From Acidobacteriota bacterium (lineage in GTDB: Bacteria > Acidobacteriota > Terriglobia > Bryobacterales > Bryobacteraceae): a stretch of 24,000 nt of DNA. The stretch is taken from positions 64,923 to 88,922 of the forward strand of contig VFZX01000001.1 of NCBI GenBank assembly GCA_016871015.1, written 5' to 3'. Position 1 is the stretch's first letter, and each line of letters opens with the position of its first letter. Made by a program: the position numbers and the translations under genes. Below, piece after piece: positions 1 through 7,339 of this stretch. The notes below the pieces were generated by a model. It saw only the letters and a program-made list of their open reading frames with translations, did not search any database and was not told where the DNA came from.

Positions 1-1266
1 GCCCAACACATGGCAGAGCACGACAAGGAGGCTGTCGCCACGTTGGGTGAAGTGCTCCGCATCAAGCCTGATCATGGTCCGGCGCTGGTGATGTCCGGCG
101 GCTCCTACATCCGCTTGGGCCAACCGGCGAGAGCGGTCGACCTGCTCGAACGCGCGGCGCGCCTGATGCCGGACGATATGGAGGTGACTCGCATGCTCGC
201 CGACGCGGCCTCCATGTCCGGCCGCTTCACAGCGGCAGCAGCCGCGCTGCGAAAACTTGCCGCGGCCGGAGGAGATGCACCGGCATGGTCGCGACTCGGC
301 CGGACCTACGAAGCGCTGGCCGAAGACGCGTTCGAGAAGCTCGAGCAGCGTGCGCCGGGATCGGCGCATTGGCTGGCGCTGGTGGCGGAAACGCGCATGA
401 AGCAGGGACGTTCGGGGGCGGCGCTGTCGCTGCTGCGGCAGGCGCTGGCCAAGTCGAATCGACGGGACTGGAAGGAACTCGTTGCGGCGCTCTATGAACA
501 GGCCGGTCATGCGGATTGGGCAACGGCGGAGCGTGCCGCGGCCGCGCGGCTTCCTGCGCCCACCTGCGCCGCCCCGAGCGCCGAATGCCAATTTAAGGCC
601 AAGCGTTACGTCGCCGCGGCCGGCGCGCCGGGTCAGACCGCGGAAGACTTCTACTGGCGCGCGAAAGCTTACAACGAACTGGCGCGGGAAGCGTTCGAGC
701 AATTGAGCAAGTTCCCGGACTCGGCTGACTGGCGCGCGTTTCTCGCGGGACTTCATCGCAATCGCGGCAAGTACGACGATTCGATCCAGGAGTGGCGAAG
801 CGCGCTGGCGATTCAGCCGGGCGACGCAGGCCTTGAGCGCGAGTTGGCCGGTACTCTGCTGGCGGCGCGACGCTACGAAGAAGCGGAATCCACAGTGCGC
901 GGTCTGGTTCTGAAGTCTCCCGGCGACGGCGAACTGCAGTGGATTCTCGGCGAGTCGCTGGTGGCGCAACAGAAGCATTCCGATGCGCTGCAGCCTCTCT
1001 CAGAAGCCGTTCGCCTCGATCCGAAGCGGCTGGCGGCGCGGGCATCCCTGGGCCGTGCGCTCCAGGCGACCGGCAGCCATGCCGCAGCGATTCCGCATTT
1101 GCAGGCAGCGCTCGCGTCGGACCGCGATGGCGCCGTTCACTTTCAATTGAGCCGTTCGCTCGCGGCGGTGGGCCGCAACACAGAAGCGGCGGCGCTGGCG
1201 CGGAAGAGTCAGGAACTCCGGGTGGCGGGGGCCGAGGCGGGCGAAACCGCGATCACTCCTCCGTGA
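1..1266 (+). CDS. TPR repeat-containing protein (5' end probably outside the window)
   Basis: ORF 10..1266, and the same frame stays open back to nt 1. It has repeated Ala/Leu-rich helical-pair units typical of TPR, e.g. 'ATLGEVLRIKPDHGPAL', 'WRSALAIQPGDAGLERELAGTLL', 'LSEAVRLDPKRLAARASLGRAL'. Stop TGA at 1264-1266. Confidence 0.75.
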   Translation, partial: AQHMAEHDKEAVATLGEVLRIKPDHGPALVMSGGSYIRLGQPARAVDLLERAARLMPDDMEVTRMLADAASMSGRFTAAAAALRKLAAAGGDAPAWSRLGRTYEALAEDAFEKLEQRAPGSAHWLALVAETRMKQGRSGAALSLLRQALAKSNRRDWKELVAALYEQAGHADWATAERAAAARLPAPTCAAPSAECQFKAKRYVAAAGAPGQTAEDFYWRAKAYNELAREAFEQLSKFPDSADWRAFLAGLHRNRGKYDDSIQEWRSALAIQPGDAGLERELAGTLLAARRYEEAESTVRGLVLKSPGDGELQWILGESLVAQQKHSDALQPLSEAVRLDPKRLAARASLGRALQATGSHAAAIPHLQAALASDRDGAVHFQLSRSLAAVGRNTEAAALARKSQELRVAGAEAGETAITPP

Positions 1267-2860
1267 TCGTGACGATCCGGTTGGTGGCGACGCCGGTTAC
1301 CCGCTGGCGCTTGCCGCCGGGCCAGGTGATCTCGAGGTCGACGCTGGCTCCCAGTCCGCCGAAGTGAACCGGCGAGAGGCTGCTCGATGCGTAGCCCACC
1401 GAACTCGTCATGATGTTCGCCTGCCCGCCGATCGTTACCACCGCGCCGAGGCCGTCGCGATTCGACTTGCGCCCGGCAAGCCGTACGTCGAGCCATGCCC
1501 TGCCCTGCGGGCTGACATTGCGCCACAACTCCGCGGGTTCGCCCAGCGCGGAGACTACGACATCCGGAAGCCCGTCGCCGTTAAAGTCGGCCACCGCGCT
1601 TCCGCGATGCGCGGCTTTCACCCCGCTCATGCCGGAGTCGACGAGCCGGAACGTGCCGCCGCCTGCGTTGCGGAACACTGTGTTCGGCTGGCGGTAGGCA
1701 TAGGGTTCAAAGCTCTCGACAAGATCGTTCACGTGCGAGTTCGCGGTGAACAGGTCGCGCCAGCCGTCGTTATCGAAATCGGCGAGCGAGACGCCCCAGC
1801 CCGAGTAAACTCGCGCGGCGGAGGCGAGCTTGGACGAGTGCGTCGCGTCGCGGAATTGCCCCTTCCCGAGGTTCACGAACAGCGGAAACGTTTCTCCGCT
1901 CAGCGCAGTGAGGATAAGATCGGGCAGACCGTCGTTGTCAGCATCGCGGAAGTCAGCGCCCATGCCGGAGATCGGCCGGCCTTCATCCGGAAGCGCGACT
2001 CCGGCCGCGAGAGCCGATTGCTCGAAGCGCTTCCCGCCAACGTTGCGGAAAAGGAAGTTCTCCATCTTGTCGTTCGGCACGAAGGCATCGACGAAGCCGT
2101 CGCCGTCGTAGTCGGCCAAGGCGATGGACATGCCGCGTCCCGGATGCGCACTCAGACCCGCCGCGGCAGAGACGTCGGCGAACTTGCCGCCGCCGAGATT
2201 CCGATAGAGCTGATTGGGCTCGGGCTGAAAGTAGCGGGGGTGGCAGTAAACGCGCAGGTTGCGCGAGGCGTCGCCGCAGAACCGGTCGAAATCCGGAGCC
2301 CAGCGGGCGTAGTTGACCACAAAGAGGTCGAGCAGTCCGTCGTTGTCGAAGTCGAGCCAACCTCCGGCGACGGACCAATGCTGCGAGCCGATGCCGGCCG
2401 CGGCGGTCACGTCGGCGAAAGTGCCGTCGCCGCGGTTGCGGTAGAGGAGGTTGCGCCGGACGCCGGCGACGAAGAGGTCGGGATGGCCGTCGTTGTCGAA
2501 GTCGCCTGCCGCTGCGCCCATCGAGTATCCCGCGCCCGCGAGCCCGGTGCGTTCGGTGACGTCCGTGAATCGCCAGTTGCCTTCGTTGCGAAACATTCGA
2601 TTGTGGAATCGCGGCGCTGACTTCGCGAGCGCCGGCAAATGAGCGCCGTTGGTGAAGAAGAGGTCGGGGCGGCCGTCGGAATCGTAGTCGAAGACGGCTA
2701 CGCCTCCGGGCATGGTTTCGACGATGTGCTTTCGCGGCGTGGGGGAGTGGTCAAGGCGGAAGCTTACGCCTGCCTGTGCGGCGATATTCTGAAAGCGGAT
2801 TGGTCCCTGGGCGGCCGCGATGAGGGCGGTGGCCACCAGCCAGAGAGCCATTCGCTTCAT
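1253..2860 (-). CDS. CRTAC1-family FG-GAP/VCBS repeat protein with C-terminal ASPIC/UnbV domain, secreted
   Basis: 535-aa ORF with signal peptide MKRMALWLVATALIAAAQG. It has at least 6 repeats of the Ca-binding FG-GAP signature: 'FDYDSDGRPDLFF', 'GDFDNDGHPDLFV', 'LDFDNDGLLDLFV', 'ADYDGDGFVDAFV', 'RDADNDGLPDLIL', 'ADFDNDGWRDLF', 'ADFNGDGLPDVVV'. The C-terminus 'WLDVRLAGRKSNRDGLGAVVTI...GYASSSLSPVHFG...ITWPGGKRQ' matches the UnbV/ASPIC pattern. Confidence 0.88.
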   Translation of the reverse strand: MKRMALWLVATALIAAAQGPIRFQNIAAQAGVSFRLDHSPTPRKHIVETMPGGVAVFDYDSDGRPDLFFTNGAHLPALAKSAPRFHNRMFRNEGNWRFTDVTERTGLAGAGYSMGAAAGDFDNDGHPDLFVAGVRRNLLYRNRGDGTFADVTAAAGIGSQHWSVAGGWLDFDNDGLLDLFVVNYARWAPDFDRFCGDASRNLRVYCHPRYFQPEPNQLYRNLGGGKFADVSAAAGLSAHPGRGMSIALADYDGDGFVDAFVPNDKMENFLFRNVGGKRFEQSALAAGVALPDEGRPISGMGADFRDADNDGLPDLILTALSGETFPLFVNLGKGQFRDATHSSKLASAARVYSGWGVSLADFDNDGWRDLFTANSHVNDLVESFEPYAYRQPNTVFRNAGGGTFRLVDSGMSGVKAAHRGSAVADFNGDGLPDVVVSALGEPAELWRNVSPQGRAWLDVRLAGRKSNRDGLGAVVTIGGQANIMTSSVGYASSSLSPVHFGGLGASVDLEITWPGGKRQRVTGVATNRIVTITEE

Positions 2861-3200
2861 CGATCCATTGTAGAAGGCCTGGTCAACGATCCAGCGTGAT
2901 ACTTCCGCCCTGCTGCGGACTATGAGACGGAGCCCGCTGGCTCCAGGAGGTGCAACGGTGCCTCTCGAGACTTCCCGGACCGGTGCTGGTCAACAACGAA
3001 AGGCTGCGGATCTGAGGTCTGGCAGCGATTCGTGATCACGCGGCACGGATGCTGCGCTTGTTCGTGTTGATTCCCAAGATCACCTACGGCAACCGGAGCG
3101 CCAACGGAGAAGTCGCGGGCATGCTGGACATTGTGCAGGGCTCCGGATCGCGAAGCCCGTAAAACCCGAAGATCCGAATCCGCTTGGCCCAAGTCGCGTC

Positions 3201-3695
3201 TCACCGCTCGAGGCTTGGTTGGGTGCGAACGCCGCCCTCCGGAAGTGTGCGGGCAGTCAGGTTCCACATTTGAAAGTCGACGAATCGCGCTTCACCGGAA
3301 TAGACTTCGAGTTTGAGGCGGGACTTGAGAAGCGCGAGTGCTGCGCGGGTGCCAATGATGGGCGGAGCATCATCCACTGTTCCGGCCAACCGCTCGTCGG
3401 CCAGAGCTATCCAAGCGGTATGCGTTCTGTCCGGTGCGAGCTTGACGGCGGCCTCCTGAAAACCAGCAATCCCATGGCGGCCTTCCTTGCGCGGAGCGTT
3501 GATGCGCAGTTGGAACCTGAAGCGTACGAGCACGTCGCGAAACGGCAGGGTCAGGATGTGGTTCGCATGCTCGCCAGCCGTATGGCGCACGCCGAGTGCA
3601 TCGGCGGCAATACCCGTTTCGCCGTTCTCCGTGCGCCAGCGGGCATCGTGGCCGCGCATGAAGTCGGAGGCGTGGAGCACGGCGCACGAAGGCAC
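3201..3695 (-). pseudogene. N-terminally truncated beta-jelly-roll protein, DUF1080 / 3-keto-disaccharide-hydrolase-like (remnant)
   Basis: 164-aa ORF with no signal peptide or upstream intergenic region. Its 5' end abuts the truncated HTH of the response-regulator remnant. Motif spacing resembles DUF1080 ('DFMRGHDARWRTENGE', 'LTLPFRDVLVRFRFQLRI', C-terminal 'LKLEVYSGEARFVDFQMWNL'). The family call is from memory of the pattern only. Confidence 0.35.
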
Positions 3696-3699
3696 CCAT

Positions 3700-4150
3700 G
3701 TTCAAAGTCACCTCCAACTTTTCATAGATGCGCCGCACGTACGTGTTTACGGTATGAACGCTGATGCTCATGCGGGCGGCGATCTCTTTCTTGATCAGCC
3801 CGTCAGCGAGCAGGTCCAGAATCTGGCGTTCGCGGGCAGTCAGGTGCGATTCGTCGGGAGTATAGCGGCCGGATTCGACCCGTGCAAAGCGGTCGAGAAC
3901 CATCCGCGCGACCTTGGGCGTCATCGGAGCCCCACCATCCATGGCCTGGCGAATTGCGTCTGCTATCTCGCGCATGCTCGCCGTCTTGAGAAGATAGCCC
4001 GAAGCTCCCAGGCAGACCGCCGCGAAGGGTTCGAATCTGGCTCAAGGCGGTGATTCCGTCCAGGCCCGGAAGCCCAACGTCAAGCAGCATGACATCGGGC
4101 CGCTCGGGTCCCGATAGCTGTTCGCGGGCGCCCTCGAAGGAGGAAAAGTC
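3700..4150 (-). pseudogene. NarL/LuxR-family response regulator remnant (receiver + HTH), truncated at both ends, with an internal deletion and frameshift
   Basis: The receiver fragment 'DFSSFEGAREQLSGPERPDVMLLDVGLPGLDGITALSQIR' lies in the frame of ORF 3803..4090. It lacks beta1/alpha1 with the acidic pocket. About 25-30 codons between 'ALSQIRTL' and 'GASGYLLKTA' are missing, and the frame changes there. The LuxR HTH 'LTARERQILDLLADGLIKKEIAARMSISVHTVNTYVRRIYEKLEV' lies in ORF 3370..3975. It breaks off near 3700 before the last helix, and the rest of that ORF is Arg-rich out-of-frame read-through. Confidence 0.8.
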
Positions 4151-4706
4151 ACTCGCACTTCGTCGGGAGCCTCGACGTGCGGCACGGAGGGCGGGACCAA
4201 GCGCCTCGTCAAAGCTTCGGAACGTGGTGCCGTAGGCTTCGTTGAGGCGGAGTACGTCGCGATGCCGCTACCGCAACCAGTCGACGTATCGCCGCGTGCC
4301 GGCCGCTTCAGGCGGAAGGCCCCGGAAATACCTCAAACGGACGCCATTCTAGAGGGGCTGATCGGCGAACCCAACGCCCAGAACATGAGGATCCCGTGCG
4401 AAGCCGCGGCACTGGGCGGCTACATGGGCTTCGATCTGCCGCCGGCATTCAGGTTGAGATCGGCGATCGCTTGGCTGATCGTGTCTTCGGCCTTGGTACG
4501 ATCTCCCTGGAAGCGCGCCAGAGTCGCTGCGGTTTGTTTCGCGTCGTTGAAAAACTGGCCTGCGTGATTCGCTCCCAGAGCCGCACAGGGGTGGCCCTCC
4601 GGGGTGATGAACATCCATCGTTTGCCGATCTGCTCGAGCCGGAAAAGACCGGTAGCGCGGCCGATCCAAGCAGCACGGCCAGCAGTTCTCTCATGTTCAT
4701 CGGCAT
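4151..4706 (-). pseudogene. Glycoside-hydrolase-like protein remnant, paralog of the intact gene 4802..5926
   Basis: The signal peptide 'MNMRELLAVLLGSAA' (frame of ORF 4449..4706) shifts frame near 4656. It continues as 'TGLFRLEQIGKRWMFITPEGHPCAALGANHAGQFF...AIADLNLNAGG', which parallels 'SFFRIGKARSRLCLVDPAGQPFFSLAMNH...DLLDWGFNSAGW' of the neighbouring gene. After a third frame change comes 'CRGFARDPHVLGVGFADQPL*' (compare 'CVRFRDDARLIGYFYSDVP'). This is followed by 'GTRRYVDWLR*RHRDVLRLNEAYGTTFRSFDEAL' with two in-frame TAG stops. That frame runs straight into the receiver fragment. Confidence 0.75.
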
Positions 4707-4801
4707 CTCCCGCCAGCCGATTGTCCCGGCGGGCGGAATGCAGTGTCAACCGCACGTAGATGGGACACCGGCCATTCGACGTGTCTGGTAGGCTTGACGG
4801 A

Positions 4802-5926
4802 ATGCTGGTCTCGAGACGAAGCATCATAGCGGCCCCCGGCGTGATGGCCACCGCGAGGGGCAGCTTCTTTCGAATTGGCAAAGCTCGATCCCGGCTCTGT
4901 TTGGTCGATCCTGCCGGGCAGCCGTTCTTCTCGCTCGCGATGAACCACATCGACTCCGCGCCCCTACGCTCGGGCGAGGTCTGGCAGCGGGAGTTCGGCA
5001 ACGATATCCAGCGCTGGCTCGAACGTGTGCGGCGCGATCTTCTCGACTGGGGATTCAATTCCGCCGGTTGGGTGCAGGAGTACGTAGCCATCAATGACCA
5101 ACATCATCGCCACTCGCGCAGTTTCACGCCCGAGGAGTACCGATGGCTGGCCCTGCCGTATTGCCACCTGCTGCCGTTCATCGAGTCGCACGGCTGGGAG
5201 ATCGAAACGCGGCTGCCCCGGATAGACTCCGCCGGATTCGCCGAATGGTGCGATTATGTCGCCCGTGACCAGTGCGTTCGCTTTCGCGACGATGCCCGGC
5301 TGATCGGATATTTCTATTCGGATGTGCCCGCGTGGGTAAGCACGAACAAGGAAAACGAATGGCGGGGCGCGCTGTTCGATCCGGAGAAACTGAAGTCCGC
5401 GAACGGCCGCCAGGAGTTGACGCGGCTGGCGTCACACTACTACCGGACGATTCACGATACGATCCGCCGCTACGATCCGAACCATCTGATCTTCGGCGAT
5501 CGCTACAACGCACAGAGGCCCCTGCCGGAGGAGATCGTTCGTGCGGCACTGCCATGGGTCGACGTGCTCAGCTTCCAGACCTTCGCACCCGCTTCCGGGA
5601 TCCGCACGGAACTGAAACGATGGGCGGACCTGTCCGGCAAGCCCGTTCTGCTGGCGGATGCTGCCCATTTCGCGAGGCCGTTTGCGCCCGGCTGGCCGCC
5701 GGCGGAGGATCGCAGGCATGACCCAGCCGCCTACGGTGACGCCCTCAACGCGGCGCTGGACGTTGCTGCCTGCGTTGGCTACCACCTTTGCGGAGCTTAC
5801 CTGAAGAACAACGCCCGCCGCTACGGATTCCGTGACAGCCAGAATCGAATCGAGCCGCATGTGGCCGAGATGGCGCGGACCAACCGTGCTGCCGCCGCCC
5901 GCTTCGCCAAAGAGAGCACTCGATGA
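4802..5926 (+). CDS. Putative glycoside hydrolase (TIM-barrel-like, uncharacterised family) with Tat-type signal
   Basis: ORF 4760..5926. The preferred start is ATG 4802, giving 'MLVSRRSIIAAPGVMATA' (a twin-arginine-like signal). Conserved-looking blocks include 'GQPFFSLAMNH', 'DWGFNSAGW', 'RLIGYFYSDVPAW', 'YDPNHLIFGDRY', 'VDVLSFQTF' and 'KPVLLADAAH'. Its stop overlaps the next start (ATGA at 5923-5926). The exact GH family cannot be assigned by eye. Confidence 0.6.
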   Translation: MLVSRRSIIAAPGVMATARGSFFRIGKARSRLCLVDPAGQPFFSLAMNHIDSAPLRSGEVWQREFGNDIQRWLERVRRDLLDWGFNSAGWVQEYVAINDQHHRHSRSFTPEEYRWLALPYCHLLPFIESHGWEIETRLPRIDSAGFAEWCDYVARDQCVRFRDDARLIGYFYSDVPAWVSTNKENEWRGALFDPEKLKSANGRQELTRLASHYYRTIHDTIRRYDPNHLIFGDRYNAQRPLPEEIVRAALPWVDVLSFQTFAPASGIRTELKRWADLSGKPVLLADAAHFARPFAPGWPPAEDRRHDPAAYGDALNAALDVAACVGYHLCGAYLKNNARRYGFRDSQNRIEPHVAEMARTNRAAAARFAKESTR

Positions 5927-6793
5927 CTCGCCGAACCATGTTGCTGGCTGCCGCCGTGCCTCCACCCGGCAGAATGACGCTTGCCATCCACCAGTTCACT
6001 TCGTTCAACGCCGGATTCCGCAAGCCGCTCGAAGGCTGGGCTCGCGCAGGGATCAGGAACGTCGAACTGAGCGGCCAGCTTCTGGACGGGTTTCTGAAGA
6101 CGGAATCCCTCTCCGCGGCGAAGCGTATTCTCAGCGACCTTGGTTTGAAACCCGTCGCGGCCGGCTCGGGAGTGCGAGGAGTGTGGCAGGCGAATCCCGA
6201 TCGGGCTGCCGGCCTCGAACATCTGCGAGTTCGGTGCGGACAGATGGGGGAACTGGGAGTGAACCTGCTGGTCATACCTGCCGCGGCAGGAAGGTGGTAA
6301 CGCTCGACGAGTACCGGGAGTGCCTCAGCAATGTTCGCGAGGCCGGCGAGATTGCCCGTCAAAATGGAGTGGCCATCCTGTTCGAATTCCTGCGCGACTC
6401 CCCATTCGTCTCCACGCTACCGATCACACTGAAGCTGATCCGCGAAGCTGGGCTTCCAACGTGCGTACCATGATCGATGTCTTCCACTTCTGGGCCGGCC
6501 CGAGTAAGTTCGAAGACCTTGACTTGCCGCACCGGGGCGAGATCGCACACATCCACTTCGAGGACACTCCCGATCTGCCCCGCGAAATCCTGACTGATTC
6601 CTCGCGCGTGATTCCCGGCGACGGCGCCGCGCCGCTGGTTCGAATCCTGCGCAAGCTCGCGGAGAAAGGCTACGGCGGTCCGCTCTCGGTCGAACTCTTC
6701 GGACCCGCCTTTCAACAGGGCGACCCATTCGAAGTAGCGCGCCGGATCCGCGAGAAAACCGAAGCCGTCAAGAGGCAGGCCGGAGTGCTTTGA
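5923..6793 (+). pseudogene. Sugar phosphate isomerase/epimerase (xylose-isomerase-like TIM barrel) interrupted by two frameshifts
   Basis: One protein is spread over three frames. Part 1, 5923..~6290, is 'MTRRTMLLAAAVPP...GIRNVELSG...LGLKPVAAG...GELGVNLLVIPAAAG'. Part 2, ~6285..~6460, is 'KVVTLDEYRECLSNVREAGEIARQNGVAILFEFL...LIREAGLP'. Part 3, ~6458..6793, is 'NVRTMIDVFHFWAG...IAHIHFEDTP...IPGDGAAPLVRILRKLAEKGYGGPLSVELF'. Frame order is 1 -> 0 -> 2. Each shift is consistent with a 1-nt loss. Confidence 0.8.
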
Positions 6794-6939
6794 GCCAGGC
6801 TACGGGATTTCTTGGTCGGGCAGTTCCTTCCGGATTCCCTGATCGATCGGCATCTTGTCCGTTTCCGGCGTGAGGCGGAGTGCCCTCACTTCGGCCAGCA
6901 GGACCGCTTTCAGGATAGGTTGCTCGGCAAGCGCCCGCC

Positions 6940-6968
6940 TTGACACGCGCAATAGCGGGCGGTATCCT
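6940..6968 (+). promoter_or_regulatory. Candidate sigma70-type promoter (-35 TTGACA, 17-nt spacer, -10 TATCCT)
   Basis: TTGACA at 6940-6945, TATCCT at 6963-6968. It sits about 36 nt upstream of ATG 7005, which is itself preceded by GGAAAGGAG (6987-6995). This is pattern matching only. Confidence 0.35.
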
Positions 6969-7004
6969 CAGCCAGCACTTCCGTGCGGAAAGGAGTCCTC
7001 CTTG

Positions 7005-7304
7005 ATGGCTCGCCGGATTCTCGCTCGCTTCGCTTTTCTGGCCTGCTCGCTCGTCCAGCTCGCTGCCCAGGTCACCACCGCTACTCTCTACACGATCACG
7101 ACGGATCCCTCGGGAGCCGTCGTCCCCGGAGCCACTGTAATCCTTCGCGACGAACGCACTGGCTCGGTTCGTCGACAAGCCTGCGACAACCTCGGCGAAT
7201 GCAGTTTCCAATTCCTGCGGCCTGGCACTTACTCCGGTTCCATCAGCGCTTCCGGATTCAAGACGCTTGAAATCTCTTCGCGCAAACCCCCTGAGGTAAA
7301 ATAG
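7005..7304 (+). CDS. Stand-alone CarboxypepD_reg-like domain stub (signal peptide + N-terminal domain of an Oar-type TonB-dependent receptor); possibly a truncated receptor
   Basis: 99 aa: 'MARRILARFAFLACSLVQLAAQVTTATLYTITTDPSGAVVPGATVILRDERTGSVRR...LRPGTYSGSISASGFKTLE'. It parallels residues 1-90 of the receptor at 7340. It then ends in 'ISSRKPPEVK*', with no plug or barrel. It has a strong SD. Confidence 0.6.
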   Translation: MARRILARFAFLACSLVQLAAQVTTATLYTITTDPSGAVVPGATVILRDERTGSVRRQACDNLGECSFQFLRPGTYSGSISASGFKTLEISSRKPPEVK

Positions 7305-7339
7305 CTCAGCCACCGAAACTCAGTGAGAGGGGATCGATC

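Noticed and set aside
1364-2620. 418-aa plus-strand ORF antisense to the CRTAC1 gene. Similar long shadow ORFs occur at 8087..9040(-), 12104..13051(-), 20595..21377(-), 16164..16823(+), 5745..6362(-), 17496..18095(-) and 18535..19524(+).
   Set aside because: They are Arg/Ala/Pro/Gly-rich low-complexity translations with no recognisable motifs. They lie exactly opposite or out of frame to genes with strong family signatures. This is the typical stop-codon-poor shadow of GC-rich coding DNA.
2926-3162. Plus-strand frame with high third-position GC reading 'DGARWLQEVQRCLSRLPGPVLVNNERLRI*GLAAIRDHAARMLRLFVLIPKITYGNRSANGEVAGMLDIVQGSGSRSP*'. It could be another gene remnant, or a 37-aa ORF at 3049..3162.
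   Set aside because: It has no recognisable family motif, no convincing start or SD, and one in-frame stop. The evidence is too weak to call; it is noted only as a possible further scrap of the decay tract.
3370-3975. 201-aa ORF that could be taken as an intact LuxR-type regulator.
   Set aside because: Only residues ~1-92 (to ~3700) are regulator sequence. The HTH is cut before its last helix, and the remainder is out-of-frame read-through of the DUF1080-like remnant. The receiver domain lies in another frame and is incomplete.
4190-4350. Two in-frame TAG codons in the GH-like remnant, considered as possible stop-codon recoding (e.g. pyrrolysine).
   Set aside because: The same gene also carries frameshifts and deletions and is fused to a truncated regulator. 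Ordinary pseudogene decay explains the stops.
4420-5094. 224-aa minus-strand ORF that would overlap the start of the GH-like gene.
   Set aside because: Only its last 78 residues (4423-4656) read like protein, as the GH-paralog remnant. The upstream 146 residues are Arg/Ser-rich antisense of the real gene 4802..5926.
6794-7004. Checked the leader upstream of the receptor genes for a cobalamin or other riboswitch. Also noted a GTGAGG...CCTCAC hairpin at ~6871-6895.
   Set aside because: No B12-box-like or other riboswitch core sequence is visible. The hairpin is short (6 bp), has no T-tract, and lies inside the possible small ORF.
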